Shown: in pieces, positions 39,429 to 49,337 of the stretch
How the letters are laid out: every line of letters begins with the position of its first letter
How positions within the stretch are numbered: the stretch's first letter is position 1
The notes under the pieces: generated by a model
Databases searched by the model: none
What the model was told of the DNA's origin: nothing
Seen by the model: only the letters and a program-made list of their open reading frames with translations
Translations under genes and position numbers: made by a program
Source: an uncultured Thermoplasmata archaeon
Lineage (GTDB): Archaea; Thermoplasmatota; Thermoplasmata; RBG-16-68-12
NCBI GenBank assembly: GCA_963768855.1
Contig: CAVYJM010000017.1
Span: 32,001-96,000, forward strand
Reading direction: 5' to 3'
DNA length: 64,000 nucleotides

Positions 39429-40635
39429 GACGGTAGCCGCGTGCCTCCGCGAGGACGTCGTCCTTCTCAAGGACCTTCTTCACGTCGAGGATGGGCACGG
39501 ACGCCTGGATCTCCTTCGTGCGGCCGGCACGGCCGAAGCTCTTCACCCGCGCGTGGACGAGGCCGAGCATGTCGAGCTCGGAGATGAGGTCCGTGACCCG
39601 CCGCTGGGTCAGGGGCGTCACCCCGGTCTTCCGGCACAGCTCGCGGTAGGTCGTGTAGACCTCGCCCGTAGTGAGCTTCGTGTTCCCGATCTCCTCGTTG
39701 AGGAGGACGCAGAGCAGGATGAGCTTGGACTGGGTCGGAAGGCTCTTGACCGCCTCGAGGACCGTATCGAGCTCAATCTTGCTCTTCGCCTTCTGCACGT
39801 GCTCGTCGGCGAGGTGGTCGTCCCCCTGGCGCTCCGCGAGCTCCGCGGAGACGCGGAGCAAGTCCAGGGCGCGGCGCGCGTCTCCGTGCTCCGAGGCCGC
39901 GAGGGCCGCGATGAGATGCAGGACGGAGTCCGGCGCGGTCCCGTTGTCGAAGGCGAGGTGCGCCCGCTCCGCCAGGATGTCGTACAGCTCGTCGGCGTTG
40001 TAGGGAGGGAACACGACCTTCTCGTCCGCGAGGCGCGACTTCACGCGCGGATCGAGGAACTCCGTGAACTTGAGGTCATTCGAGATCCCGATGAGCGAGA
40101 CCCGGGCCTTCGTCAGGTCGTCGTTGATCTTCAGGAGCTGGTAGAGCAGGTCGTCCCCGTTCTTCGAGATGATCTTGTCGATCTCGTCCAGGACGATGAT
40201 CACGACGCGGCGCTCCTCGTCCAGCTTCTCCCTCAGCAGGCTGTACACCCGGTCTGTGGACAGGCCCGTGAAGGGGATCCGCTGGTGGAAGTTCTCGATG
40301 AAGCGGTTCCCGATGCTCTGCAGGACGGCGTACGGCGTGTCGACGATCTCGCAGTTCAGGTACAGGTACGAGACCGTCCGGGCCGCGTCGGCCTTCCGGA
40401 ACTCGTTCTCGATGTACTTGACGACTGCCGTCTTCCCGGTCCCGGTCTTCCCGAAGATCAGGATGTTGCTGGGTCTCTCCCCCCGCAGGGCCGTCGCGAG
40501 GATCTGGGCGAGCTGGTCGATGTAGCCCTCTCGATGCGGAAGACGCTCCGGGATGTAGGCGGGACGCAGGATCTCCCGGTCCATCTTGAAGAGACTCTTG
40601 GTGCTCAGGTACGGTTGGAAGATGCTTTCCTCCAT
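39403..40635 (-). CDS. cdc6: Orc1/Cdc6 replication initiator
   Basis: GKTGTGKT, IVLDEID, HGDARRALDLLR, C-terminal wHTH ELDMLGLV...GRAGRT. Confidence 0.97.
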   Translation of the reverse strand: MEESIFQPYLSTKSLFKMDREILRPAYIPERLPHREGYIDQLAQILATALRGERPSNILIFGKTGTGKTAVVKYIENEFRKADAARTVSYLYLNCEIVDTPYAVLQSIGNRFIENFHQRIPFTGLSTDRVYSLLREKLDEERRVVIIVLDEIDKIISKNGDDLLYQLLKINDDLTKARVSLIGISNDLKFTEFLDPRVKSRLADEKVVFPPYNADELYDILAERAHLAFDNGTAPDSVLHLIAALAASEHGDARRALDLLRVSAELAERQGDDHLADEHVQKAKSKIELDTVLEAVKSLPTQSKLILLCVLLNEEIGNTKLTTGEVYTTYRELCRKTGVTPLTQRRVTDLISELDMLGLVHARVKSFGRAGRTKEIQASVPILDVKKVLEKDDVLAEARGYRLKVQTTLL

Positions 40636-40956
40636 GGACTCGCTCCCCCTTGCAGCGAGAATGGGACCCCGCTTCCCGGAGAAGGACGACGCGCGGACGC
40701 GTTTCTCCCAGGGTGGGAGGCAGGTATCCAGCGGCTCACAGATATAGGTTTGCGAACGGCTCGCGCGACTTTCGTCGCGCGACGAGAGCCTGATTTTTAT
40801 TCAGCTCCTCGTATGATAGGAACGGTCGAAACGACGTGCAAAGTTCAACCTCGACGCGACACGACATCGCGGCGGGCGAAGGCTGCGTCACAGCTACACG
40901 ACCACGGCGGCTGGAACTCGAACGGACAACCGACTTGGACCGCAGCGGGTCCCGGG

Positions 40957-41796
40957 TCATGGGTCGCCTGGGGTCTCCGCGGGGTCGCCCGGCGCGTTCG
41001 CACCTCGCCGGGCCGGTTGACCTCCAATCCGCAGGATCCGCATGAAGACGGTTACCAGGAACACCGCGCTTCCCGACACGACCACGAGCGGCCCGGGGGG
41101 GACGTTCACGACCCCTGCGAGCGCAATCCCGCCGACCGCGGTCGCGGCACCCAGGACTGCGCTGACCACAGCGTATCGCGCGAGGCTCGTGCTCACGTTC
41201 TTCGCGGAGACGGCGGGCAAGATGACCAAGGCGCCCACTAGGAGGCTCCCGACGACCTTGATCCCGGTGGCGACGACGAGGGCGACCAGGAGCAGGTATA
41301 CGAAGTCGAGCTGGCCGACGCGGGTCTTCTTGGAGACGGCCAGGTCCTCCGAGATCAGGCTCAGGATCACCCCCGGGTAGATCCGATGGCCGACGAGGAC
41401 GATGAAGAGGGAAATCGCGACCGCGACGATCATGTCGAGGAGGGCCACATTGGAGATGTCGCCGAAGAGGGCGTCCAACAGGTCGGCCTGCGGGGTGATC
41501 AGGATGCCGACGGCGAGGGCGAAGACGAACAGCACACCGATCACGGCGTCCAGGGGCAGCCGGGTCGATCGCTCCAGGTACCAAGTCGCGACGACCGCCG
41601 CAAACAGGAAGGCGAAGGCGCCCAGGAAGATGTCGAAGTGGAACAGGAAACCGAGCGCGATTCCCGGGAGGGCCACATGGGAGAGCACGTCGCCCACGAG
41701 GGCCATCCGCTTCAGGATCATGAGGGAGCCCATGTAGCCGGCCGCGAGCCCCGCGAAGAGGCCCGCCACGAGGCTGTACAGGACCAGCTCGCTCAC
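40957..41796 (-). CDS. Mn/Zn/Fe-type ABC permease (ZnuB-like)
   Basis: RMALVGDVLSHVALPG, LFGDI, VGSLLVGALVILPA. Confidence 0.93.
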   Translation of the reverse strand: MSELVLYSLVAGLFAGLAAGYMGSLMILKRMALVGDVLSHVALPGIALGFLFHFDIFLGAFAFLFAAVVATWYLERSTRLPLDAVIGVLFVFALAVGILITPQADLLDALFGDISNVALLDMIVAVAISLFIVLVGHRIYPGVILSLISEDLAVSKKTRVGQLDFVYLLLVALVVATGIKVVGSLLVGALVILPAVSAKNVSTSLARYAVVSAVLGAATAVGGIALAGVVNVPPGPLVVVSGSAVFLVTVFMRILRIGGQPARRGANAPGDPAETPGDP

Positions 41797-42572
41797 CTGG
41801 GAACCCCCCGGTGTTCGTGCTGCGCCAGCAGGGTGCTGCTGCCGAAGATCCGGATGAGGAGGGCAGGGTCGGCGAGGTTCTTCGACGGCCCCGAGTAGAT
41901 GACGGTCCGGTTCAGCGCGAGGGCGGTGTCCGAGTACGTCATCACGTTGTGGATATCGTGGGAGACGAGGAGAATCGTCATGCCCCGCTCCCTCTCGATG
42001 CGGTTCAGGGTCTCAAGGATCAGGTCTTCGGCCCCGACGTCGATGTGGGCCGTCGGCTCGTCGACCAGGAGCACGTTCGGGTCGTCCACGAGCGCCCAGG
42101 CGATCAGGACCCGCTGGAGCTCACCCCCCGACAGAGCCCCCAGCCGCTCGTCCCCCACCTTCGACTCGTCCAAGCCGACGGTCGCGAGAGGGGCCCGGAA
42201 GTCGGCGGCGCGGTTCAGGCTGAGGAACTCGCGGACCGTGATCGGCACATCCGTCACGGCGAAGTTCTGCGGAACGAACCCGATCCTCACGTCCGAGGCC
42301 CACGTGACTTGGCCCGTGTGCGGCACGAGTCCCAGGAGGGACCGGAGGAGGACCGTCTTCCCGGCTCCGTTCGGTCCCACGATGGCCAGGGTGGTCCCCC
42401 GGTTGACCCGGAAGGACACGTGCTCGAGGATCGTCCGGCGCTCCAGGGTCGCCCCGAGGTCTGCGACGACGAGGGCGTCGTCCGGGCCGATCCGGTCGGA
42501 CGTCGGGAGGCCGGGAGGGGGGGCCGAGCTGCGACGCGGAGCGCGCACCCCGGACCCGTTTCGGATAGCCAC
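41793..42572 (-). CDS. Mn/Zn/Fe-type ABC ATPase (ZnuC-like)
   Basis: GPNGAGKT, LSGGELQRVLIA, LVDEPTAHID. Confidence 0.93.
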   Translation of the reverse strand: MAIRNGSGVRAPRRSSAPPPGLPTSDRIGPDDALVVADLGATLERRTILEHVSFRVNRGTTLAIVGPNGAGKTVLLRSLLGLVPHTGQVTWASDVRIGFVPQNFAVTDVPITVREFLSLNRAADFRAPLATVGLDESKVGDERLGALSGGELQRVLIAWALVDDPNVLLVDEPTAHIDVGAEDLILETLNRIERERGMTILLVSHDIHNVMTYSDTALALNRTVIYSGPSKNLADPALLIRIFGSSTLLAQHEHRGVPR

Positions 42573-42657
42573 GGTTCCGCATCAGCGATTGCGTTATTTA
42601 AGATTTCATGATTCCTTAATAATCCCTTAAGTAGACGACCCGCGTTCCTTCGTATCG

Positions 42658-43050
42658 ATGCCGATCGTGAGTGTGAGTCTGGACAAGGGCACGCTGGAGC
42701 AGGTGGATCGGATCGCCCGTCGCCGCAACTACCCGAGCCGCAGCGAGACCGTCCGGGAGGCCCTGCGGGACCTCATCAACATGGATGCATGGGGGGAGGA
42801 GTCGGGTCGTGGCTCCGTCATCCTTGCCGTGATCTACGACAAGTCTCTCCAGAGGTCCAGCCTCGCGATCCTGCAGCATCGGTTCGACGAGATCCGGACC
42901 TCCCTCCACACCCACCTCGACCAGAGCGACTGCCTCCAGATCTTCGTCGCCGAGGGGGCCACCCCGCGCCTGAAGGAGCTCATCACGGAAATCCGCCGGG
43001 TGCGGGGCGTGAAGCAGATCAAGTTCATCCAGACGGCCACGGTCCGCTGA
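42658..43050 (+). CDS. nikR: NikR-family ribbon-helix-helix metal-responsive regulator
   Basis: VSVSL...SRSETVREALR RHH; QH...LHTHL....CLQ metal site. Confidence 0.85.
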   Translation: MPIVSVSLDKGTLEQVDRIARRRNYPSRSETVREALRDLINMDAWGEESGRGSVILAVIYDKSLQRSSLAILQHRFDEIRTSLHTHLDQSDCLQIFVAEGATPRLKELITEIRRVRGVKQIKFIQTATVR

Positions 43051-43062
43051 ACCCCATCCTTA

Positions 43063-43641
43063 ATGCGGCCCTCCCGCCATCCCACGATCGTGGACAAGCG
43101 GCTCACCTTCTCGTACGGGCGCGCCCTCGTCCTCTCCCGCCTCGTCCTGCTCGGCCTCTGCTTCGTCCTCGTCGGGGTGCTGCTGGCCCTCGCCCCTCTG
43201 TTCCCGGTCGTCCCCGCCGCCCTCTTCCTCGGGTTCCTCGCCTTCGCCGCGCTCCTGTTCGGGATCTCGCCCCTCCTGACCCAGCACTGGCTCACTCGGT
43301 CGCGCCTGATCCTGCGGCAGGGGTGGTACTTCCAGATCATCCTCCCCTTCGCGGAGATCGTATCCCTCGCCGCGGCGGACGACACGACGCCGCTGCGGGC
43401 GCCCCTCGGGATCCACCGTCCCCTGGGGCAGCCGACCCTGTTCGTCACCGGAGGGCGGACCGGACTCGTCATCGCGCGCCTGGACCGCCCGCGGCGGTTC
43501 TGGTCCTCGTTCGGGCTCGAGGCCTCCCAGATCGTGTTCGACGTGGGCGACCGCGAAGGGTTCCTCCGTGCCTTCGAGGAGCGCCGGAGCCTACTCCCGC
43601 CAGTCCAGGCCGACCGTGCGGATGCCGAGCTTCGGGATTAG
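43063..43641 (+). CDS. Hypothetical membrane protein (2 TM + PH-like domain)
   Basis: Two TM helices then beta-rich tail; coding codon bias. Confidence 0.7.
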   Translation: MRPSRHPTIVDKRLTFSYGRALVLSRLVLLGLCFVLVGVLLALAPLFPVVPAALFLGFLAFAALLFGISPLLTQHWLTRSRLILRQGWYFQIILPFAEIVSLAAADDTTPLRAPLGIHRPLGQPTLFVTGGRTGLVIARLDRPRRFWSSFGLEASQIVFDVGDREGFLRAFEERRSLLPPVQADRADAELRD

Positions 43642-44400
43642 CGGCAACTTACGCTTGTGGACGCCTGCAGCGACCAGGGACTCGACGTGACGCACCATCT
43701 CGAGGGAGAGGCCCGTCTTCTCCGCAATCGCGTCCGGGTCCATCTGGAGTTCGATCCCCAGGAGAATCCGGTCCAGGTCGGCGTAGGAGAGACCCAGCTC
43801 GCCCTCGTCCGTCTGCCCGGGCCATAGGCCCGCGGTTGGCGTTTTCTCTACGATCCGCTTCGGGAGGCCGAGGTGGCGGGCCATCTCCCGGACCTGGGTC
43901 TTGTACAGGTCCCCGATGGGGAGGAAGTCCGCCCCGCCGTCGCCGAACTTGGTGAAGTACCCGCAGAGGATCTCGCTCTTGTTGCCCGTACCGACGACCA
44001 CGCGGTCCTCCGAGTTCGCGATGAAATACAGGAGGAGCATCCGCGTGCGCGCCCGGAGGTTCCCACAGGCTACCCGGTCGGCCCTACGAGACTTGAGCCG
44101 CGCCTCGAACGCGGCGAGGAAGGGGGCGATATCGATCACGTCGAAGCGAATCCCGAGGTCCTTCGCGTAGGCGCGGGCGTCCTCGAGATCCTTCCCGCCC
44201 CGTCCTTCCGGGAGGGCGAGCGCCAGCACGCGCTTCGCGCCGATCGCGTCCGCGCAGAGCTTCGCGACCAGGGCGGAGTCCACGCCGCCGCTCAACCCGA
44301 GGACGACGCCCTTCCGCCCGCTCGCCTCGACCTGATGCGCGAGGAAGGACTCGATGAGCGCGACGTGGTCCTCGCGGAACTTGGGGACGAGGTCGGCCAT
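43591..44400 (-). CDS. nadE: NH3-dependent NAD+ synthetase
   Basis: GLSGGVDSA, GNLRARTRM, GTGNKSE..GYFTKFGDGG, PTAGLWPGQTDE. Confidence 0.96.
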   Translation of the reverse strand: MADLVPKFREDHVALIESFLAHQVEASGRKGVVLGLSGGVDSALVAKLCADAIGAKRVLALALPEGRGGKDLEDARAYAKDLGIRFDVIDIAPFLAAFEARLKSRRADRVACGNLRARTRMLLLYFIANSEDRVVVGTGNKSEILCGYFTKFGDGGADFLPIGDLYKTQVREMARHLGLPKRIVEKTPTAGLWPGQTDEGELGLSYADLDRILLGIELQMDPDAIAEKTGLSLEMVRHVESLVAAGVHKRKLPLIPKLGIRTVGLDWRE

Positions 44401-44485
44401 CGGCGGTCGAAGCGGGCTGCGGGAGATAACCCTTTCTGGCGGGCCGCGAAGGCTTAATGGACACCGCCTCCTTCGCCCGCCGCTC

Positions 44486-45343
44486 ATGAACGTGAACGAG
44501 GCCACGCTCGTCTACGCGGACGAGTACAGCCGGATGGCCGAGACGTACGACCGGATCGTGGTCCCGCGGTTCGAGCCGATCGCACGGACCGTCGTCGAGC
44601 TCCTGGCGCCGAAGCCGGGGGAGATGGTCCTCGACGTTGCGACCGGCACCGGGCTCCTGGCGTGCCTGATCGCTCCCCGGACGGCCCCGGCCCAGCTCGT
44701 GGCGATCGACCTGGCGGACGAGGCGATCCGCGTGGCCTCGTACCGCGCGGGCACCTCGGGGATCCGCAACATCCGGTTCGAGATGATGGACGCGCGCAAC
44801 ATCGTGTACCGGAGCGCGCTCTTCGACGCGATCGGGAGCAACCTCGGGATGCCCAACATCGGCTACGCGCGCACGTTCTACGAGATTCACCGTCTCCTCA
44901 AGCCGGGAGGGCGCTTCGTCTTCAGCGAGTGGGACCGCACGCTGCCTCCTTCCGAGGCGGCCTTCGTCGAGCTCTTGGGGAAGCACAGGACGCCGTCGCC
45001 CTCGAAGGAGCTCGCGCAGGTCCGCGAAGCGGTCGAGCTGAACCGGAACGCCCCGGAGGCGAGGGAGCTGCGGGACCCCGCCGCCGTCGCGAAGAAACTG
45101 ACCGCGGCGGGGTTCGCGTCCGTGCAGGACGTCGTGCGCACGTTCCCGACGCACTTCGCCAGCGTGAAGGACCTCATCGAGTTCAACGCGGCCTGGGGAT
45201 GGGACGAGCGCGAGATCCGGGAGATGGGACCCGAGGCCCGCCCCGCGTTCGAGGCGGGGATCGCGGAGCGGCTGAAGGACCGTGCCGGACCCGCCGGGTT
45301 CGACGAGACGTGGACGATCCACTTCACCGTCGCGCGGGTCTGA
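44486..45343 (+). CDS. Class I SAM-dependent methyltransferase
   Basis: VLDVATGTG, AIDLA, FDAI, LLKPGGRF. Confidence 0.9.
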   Translation: MNVNEATLVYADEYSRMAETYDRIVVPRFEPIARTVVELLAPKPGEMVLDVATGTGLLACLIAPRTAPAQLVAIDLADEAIRVASYRAGTSGIRNIRFEMMDARNIVYRSALFDAIGSNLGMPNIGYARTFYEIHRLLKPGGRFVFSEWDRTLPPSEAAFVELLGKHRTPSPSKELAQVREAVELNRNAPEARELRDPAAVAKKLTAAGFASVQDVVRTFPTHFASVKDLIEFNAAWGWDEREIREMGPEARPAFEAGIAERLKDRAGPAGFDETWTIHFTVARV

Positions 45344-45409
45344 GGACGACCTCCGGAGGAGTGCGTACCAAACACTAAATAGGCCCCGCCGCGTCGAGCG
45401 GGACACTCC

Positions 45410-46105
45410 ATGTCCGACGTCCCGATGGTGCGCGCGGTGAACGCCCAGAAGGTGTACAATTCGGGGGCGGTCAAGGTCCATGCGCTCCGCGGCGTGAGCC
45501 TCGAGATCCTGCGGGGGGAGCTGGTGGCGATCATGGGGCCGTCCGGATGCGGCAAGACGACCCTCCTCAACTGCTTCTCCGGCCTCGACGACCTCACGTC
45601 CGGCGATGTGCTCATCGAAGGGGTCTCCCTGGCGTCGATGGACGACGACGCGAAGAGCCGCTACCGCTCGCGGCGGATGGGGTTCGTCTTCCAGTCCTAC
45701 AACCTGCTCCCCGTCCTCACGACGGTGGAGAACGTGGAGCTGCCCCTCCTCGTCGCCAAGGCTCCGGCGAGGCAGGCTCGGGAGAAGGCCCTCGCCCTCC
45801 TGAAGGCGATGGAACTCGCAGGCTGGGAGGACCACCGGCCCGCCCAGCTGAGCGCCGGGCAGCAGCAGCGCGTGGCGATCGCCCGCGCGCTCGTGAACGA
45901 TCCGGCGATCGTATGGGCCGACGAGCCGACGGGCAACCTCGACTCGGAGACTTCGGCCCAGATCATGGACCTCCTCGTCCGCCTGAACCGGGAGCAGCGA
46001 CAGACCCTGGTCCTCGTCACGCACGACGCCACGGTGAGCTCCCGCGCGAACCGCATCCTGCGGATGCGGAACGGCCAGGTCGTCGAGGAAGAGCGTCGGG
46101 GGTGA
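45410..46105 (+). CDS. MacB/LolD-type ABC ATPase
   Basis: GPSGCGKTT, GFVFQSYNL, LSAGQQQRVAIARAL, ADEPTGNLD. Confidence 0.95.
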   Translation: MSDVPMVRAVNAQKVYNSGAVKVHALRGVSLEILRGELVAIMGPSGCGKTTLLNCFSGLDDLTSGDVLIEGVSLASMDDDAKSRYRSRRMGFVFQSYNLLPVLTTVENVELPLLVAKAPARQAREKALALLKAMELAGWEDHRPAQLSAGQQQRVAIARALVNDPAIVWADEPTGNLDSETSAQIMDLLVRLNREQRQTLVLVTHDATVSSRANRILRMRNGQVVEEERRG

Positions 46106-46109
46106 GCGG

Positions 46110-49043
46110 GTGGACGTGCCCCTGGCCTCGTTCCTCGCGCTGATCGCGGTCCTCGCGCTCGTCTTCGTGCTCCTGGGCCTCCGGCCCCTGCTCGCGCGCC
46201 TCGCGGCGCGGAACATCGGACGGAGGAGGGCGCGCGTCGCGATCGTCATCGCGGGCCTGCTCGTCGGCACGGCGATCATCTCCTCGAGCCTGGTCGTCGG
46301 CGACACGCTGCGATTCATCTTCCTCCAGGACGTCTACACGCGCCTCGACGCGGTCGACGAGGTCGTGTCCAACTCCTTCAACGGGAACCTGCTCTCCTTC
46401 CCGCAGACCTACGAGACCCAGATCGCTGCGAACCTCGCGCAGGTCGGCACTCCCGTCGACGGGGTGGCGCCGATCCTGCTGAAGACGATGCCCGTGCGGA
46501 ACGTCGCGGGCAACAAGGGTAACCAGGCCATCACGGTGATGGGACTCAACGCGAGCGACGAGGCGGGGTTCGGCTCCCTGACGACGGTCGGTGGCCGGAG
46601 CGTCGACGTGAACGACCTTGCCGCCTCGCGCGTGTACCTGAACCAGGACGCGGCGGCGGACCTGAATGCCACGGCGGGGCAGGATCTCACCCTGTTCTAC
46701 GGCACCACGAACAAGACGCTCGTCCACGTCGTCGTGCAGGACGTCGTCCTCTCCCAGGGAAAGGCCGCCTACCAACGCGACCCGCTCATCCTGATGGACC
46801 TGGCCCAATCGCAGCTCGCTTTCAACGAGACGGGCTCGATCAACGCGATCAAGGTGTCGAACCGCGGCGGCGTCGAAGACGGCGTCGTCCACACGGATGC
46901 CGTGGTCCAGGACCTGCGGCTCTTCATCGCCCAGGAGCACTGGAACCTCGGCGTGGACCCGGTGAAACAGGAGGGCATCGCGGACGCGACCTCGATCGGC
47001 CAGCAGGCCACCGAGCTCTTCCTGGTCATGGGGACCTTCTCCGTCGTGGCCGGCGTGCTCCTGATCGTCAACATCTTCGTGATGATGGCGGAGGAGCGCA
47101 AGCAGGAGATGGGCATCGTCCGTGCGGTCGGCTTCCTCCGCCGGGAGCTCATGACGACGTTCGCCCTCGAGGGGACCTTCTACGCGGTCACGGCCGCGGC
47201 GCTCGGCGCAGTCGCGGGGCTCGGCCTGGGCTGGGTCATGATCTGGGTGTTCGACAAGGTCGTGCCCCACGGGAACGTTCCCGTGACGTTCCACTTCGAG
47301 GACGGCAGCGTCCTCCTCGCCTTCGTCGCAGGCGCCGCGCTCACCTGGAGTTCGATCCTCGTGGCCTCCTGGCGCGTGTCGCGGCTGAACATCGTGCGCG
47401 CGATCCGCGACATCCCCGAACCCGGGACGCGAGGGCGCTCCCGTGCGCTGGCGGCGCTGGGCCTGCTCGTCGCAGCCGGGGGCGCCGCCCTGGCGTGGTG
47501 GGGCTGGTCGGAAGACACGGGGCTCGGGAGGATCCCGGGCCTGCCCTCCGCCGCCCTGGGGCTCGCCCTGGTCGCCGCCGCCGTGGGGCGCGCCCGGATC
47601 GGCTTCACCGGCGCATCCCTGTTCAACATCGCGTGGCTCCTGGGGCCGTTCGGGCTCGTGAACACGTCCACGGACAGCATTTCCGTCGCGTTCGTCATGA
47701 CGGGGCTCATCCTCGTCGGCTCCGCGATCCTGATCGCGGTGTTCCACGTCAGCGAGGCGTCCCGCGCCCTCCTGCGACGGGCGAGCCGGAACCGGGGCCG
47801 GCCCGTCCTGCGGACTGCGGTCTCCTACCCGATGGACAAGCGCTTCCGCACGGGCATGACGATCGCGATGTTCGCGCTCATCATGTTCATGATCACGCTC
47901 ATCTCCATGGTCCAGGGGCTCGAACAGTCGAGCCTGAACCAGTTCGTCGCGCAGCAGAGCGGCGGCTACGACGTGGTCGCGTACACGACGACGTACGGCG
48001 CGATCCCGAGCTTCCGCGCGACCCTCATGGCGAATTTCTCCGAGGACGACTTCCTGAACGGCTGGAACGGCGTCGCGAGCGCGAGCGTCATGCCGGCCCG
48101 GGTCCAGCCGGTCGGCGAGAACGCGACGTACAACTACACGCTCTGGGGCGTCGACAACTTCCTCGTGAAGAGCAACCAGTACGGCTTCTACAGCAACCTG
48201 CCGTCGTTCACGGACGACAACGGCACGACCCACGCCCTCCTCAACCGGACGGACGTCTGGCTCTCCCTGAGGGAGAACCACAGCCTGGCGATCATCGATC
48301 GGAGCGCGGCGGGCGTGAACCAGTTCGTCCCGGACCCGACGCGACTCCAGGCCGTCCCCGGGGACCGGATCCGCGCGTTCGACGCGACGGGGCGCGCGGT
48401 GAACCTGACGATCGTCGGCATCCTCGAGCAGTCCCTGCAGTTCACGTCCGGCGTTTTCGTGGACATCAACGTTACGGAGTCCGTGTTCCCCGCCCAGGAG
48501 CAGTTCACGGCCTACTTCTTCCAGGTGGCGCCCGGGGTCGACGTGACCGCCCTGCGAACGGGCCTCGAGCAGGCGTTCTTCGCCTACGGCCTCCAGACGA
48601 TCGACATCCGCGAGCAGATCGGCCAGGCGTTCGACGCGACCCAGGAGGTCCTCACGCTCATGGAGGCGTACCTCGGAATCGGGCTCCTCGTCGGGATCGC
48701 GGGGCTCGCGGTGATCACCCTGCGGGCCGTCGTGGAGCGGCGCACCCAGATCGGGGCGCTCCGGGCCATCGGGTTCACGCAGGGGATGATCCTCCGGATG
48801 TTCCTCCTGGAGATCGCCCTGATCGCCGTCCTGGGCGTCGGCATCGGGGTGGGCCTCGGGATCGTGTTCGCGTACAAGGTCTACCTCGTGTACTTTGCGG
48901 GAATCATCACGTTCAGCGTGCCGTGGGTGAACCTCGGCATCATCGTGGGCATCGCGTCCGCGGCGGCCGTGGCGTGCACGGCCCAGCCCGCAATCCGCGC
49001 CTCGCGCATCCCGCCCGCCGAGGCCCTCCGGTACTCGGAGTGA
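46110..49043 (+). CDS. FtsX/MacB-type ABC permease with two repeat halves
   Basis: Two FtsX domains (EERKQEMGIVRAVG; VVERRTQIGALRAIG) and large extracellular loops. Confidence 0.93.
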   Translation: MDVPLASFLALIAVLALVFVLLGLRPLLARLAARNIGRRRARVAIVIAGLLVGTAIISSSLVVGDTLRFIFLQDVYTRLDAVDEVVSNSFNGNLLSFPQTYETQIAANLAQVGTPVDGVAPILLKTMPVRNVAGNKGNQAITVMGLNASDEAGFGSLTTVGGRSVDVNDLAASRVYLNQDAAADLNATAGQDLTLFYGTTNKTLVHVVVQDVVLSQGKAAYQRDPLILMDLAQSQLAFNETGSINAIKVSNRGGVEDGVVHTDAVVQDLRLFIAQEHWNLGVDPVKQEGIADATSIGQQATELFLVMGTFSVVAGVLLIVNIFVMMAEERKQEMGIVRAVGFLRRELMTTFALEGTFYAVTAAALGAVAGLGLGWVMIWVFDKVVPHGNVPVTFHFEDGSVLLAFVAGAALTWSSILVASWRVSRLNIVRAIRDIPEPGTRGRSRALAALGLLVAAGGAALAWWGWSEDTGLGRIPGLPSAALGLALVAAAVGRARIGFTGASLFNIAWLLGPFGLVNTSTDSISVAFVMTGLILVGSAILIAVFHVSEASRALLRRASRNRGRPVLRTAVSYPMDKRFRTGMTIAMFALIMFMITLISMVQGLEQSSLNQFVAQQSGGYDVVAYTTTYGAIPSFRATLMANFSEDDFLNGWNGVASASVMPARVQPVGENATYNYTLWGVDNFLVKSNQYGFYSNLPSFTDDNGTTHALLNRTDVWLSLRENHSLAIIDRSAAGVNQFVPDPTRLQAVPGDRIRAFDATGRAVNLTIVGILEQSLQFTSGVFVDINVTESVFPAQEQFTAYFFQVAPGVDVTALRTGLEQAFFAYGLQTIDIREQIGQAFDATQEVLTLMEAYLGIGLLVGIAGLAVITLRAVVERRTQIGALRAIGFTQGMILRMFLLEIALIAVLGVGIGVGLGIVFAYKVYLVYFAGIITFSVPWVNLGIIVGIASAAAVACTAQPAIRASRIPPAEALRYSE

Positions 49044-49079
49044 GGAGGCGGCCACAGGTCGGGGCGTCCGGCGCGGCGA

Positions 49080-49101
49080 CGTACCTCTAAGCAGAGGTAC
49101 G
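49080..49101. repeat. 22-bp palindromic motif, copy A (CGTACCTCT-AAGC-AGAGGTACG)
   Basis: 9-bp perfect arms; contains the stop codon of the 82-aa ORF. Confidence 0.9.
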
Positions 49102-49335
49102 CGGCAGGCCGGCCATCCGCTCGATCACGGCCCGCTTCCGCGCGAACTCCTGCTCCGCCCGTCGGTGGTAGGCCAGCATCCTACGGAGCAGCTCGCTTCG
49201 GGACCGGTCCTGCTCGACGCGACCCACATAGTCCTCGTGGCGCACGGAGCGTCCCCCCTCCCGCTCGTAGTGCCAGAAGTAGAAGTAGCGCCGTCCGTCG
49301 AAGTCGCGGACACGGGCCCCGCAGCCGATCTCCAT
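49087..49335 (-). CDS. 82-aa basic protein resembling integrase/transposase N-terminal beta-sheet DNA-binding domains
   Basis: RVRDFDGRRYFYFWHYEREGGRSVRHEDYVG followed by a basic helix; GAGGT SD-like element 5 nt before ATG. Confidence 0.75.
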   Translation of the reverse strand: MEIGCGARVRDFDGRRYFYFWHYEREGGRSVRHEDYVGRVEQDRSRSELLRRMLAYHRRAEQEFARKRAVIERMAGLPRTSA

Positions 49336-49337
49336 TT

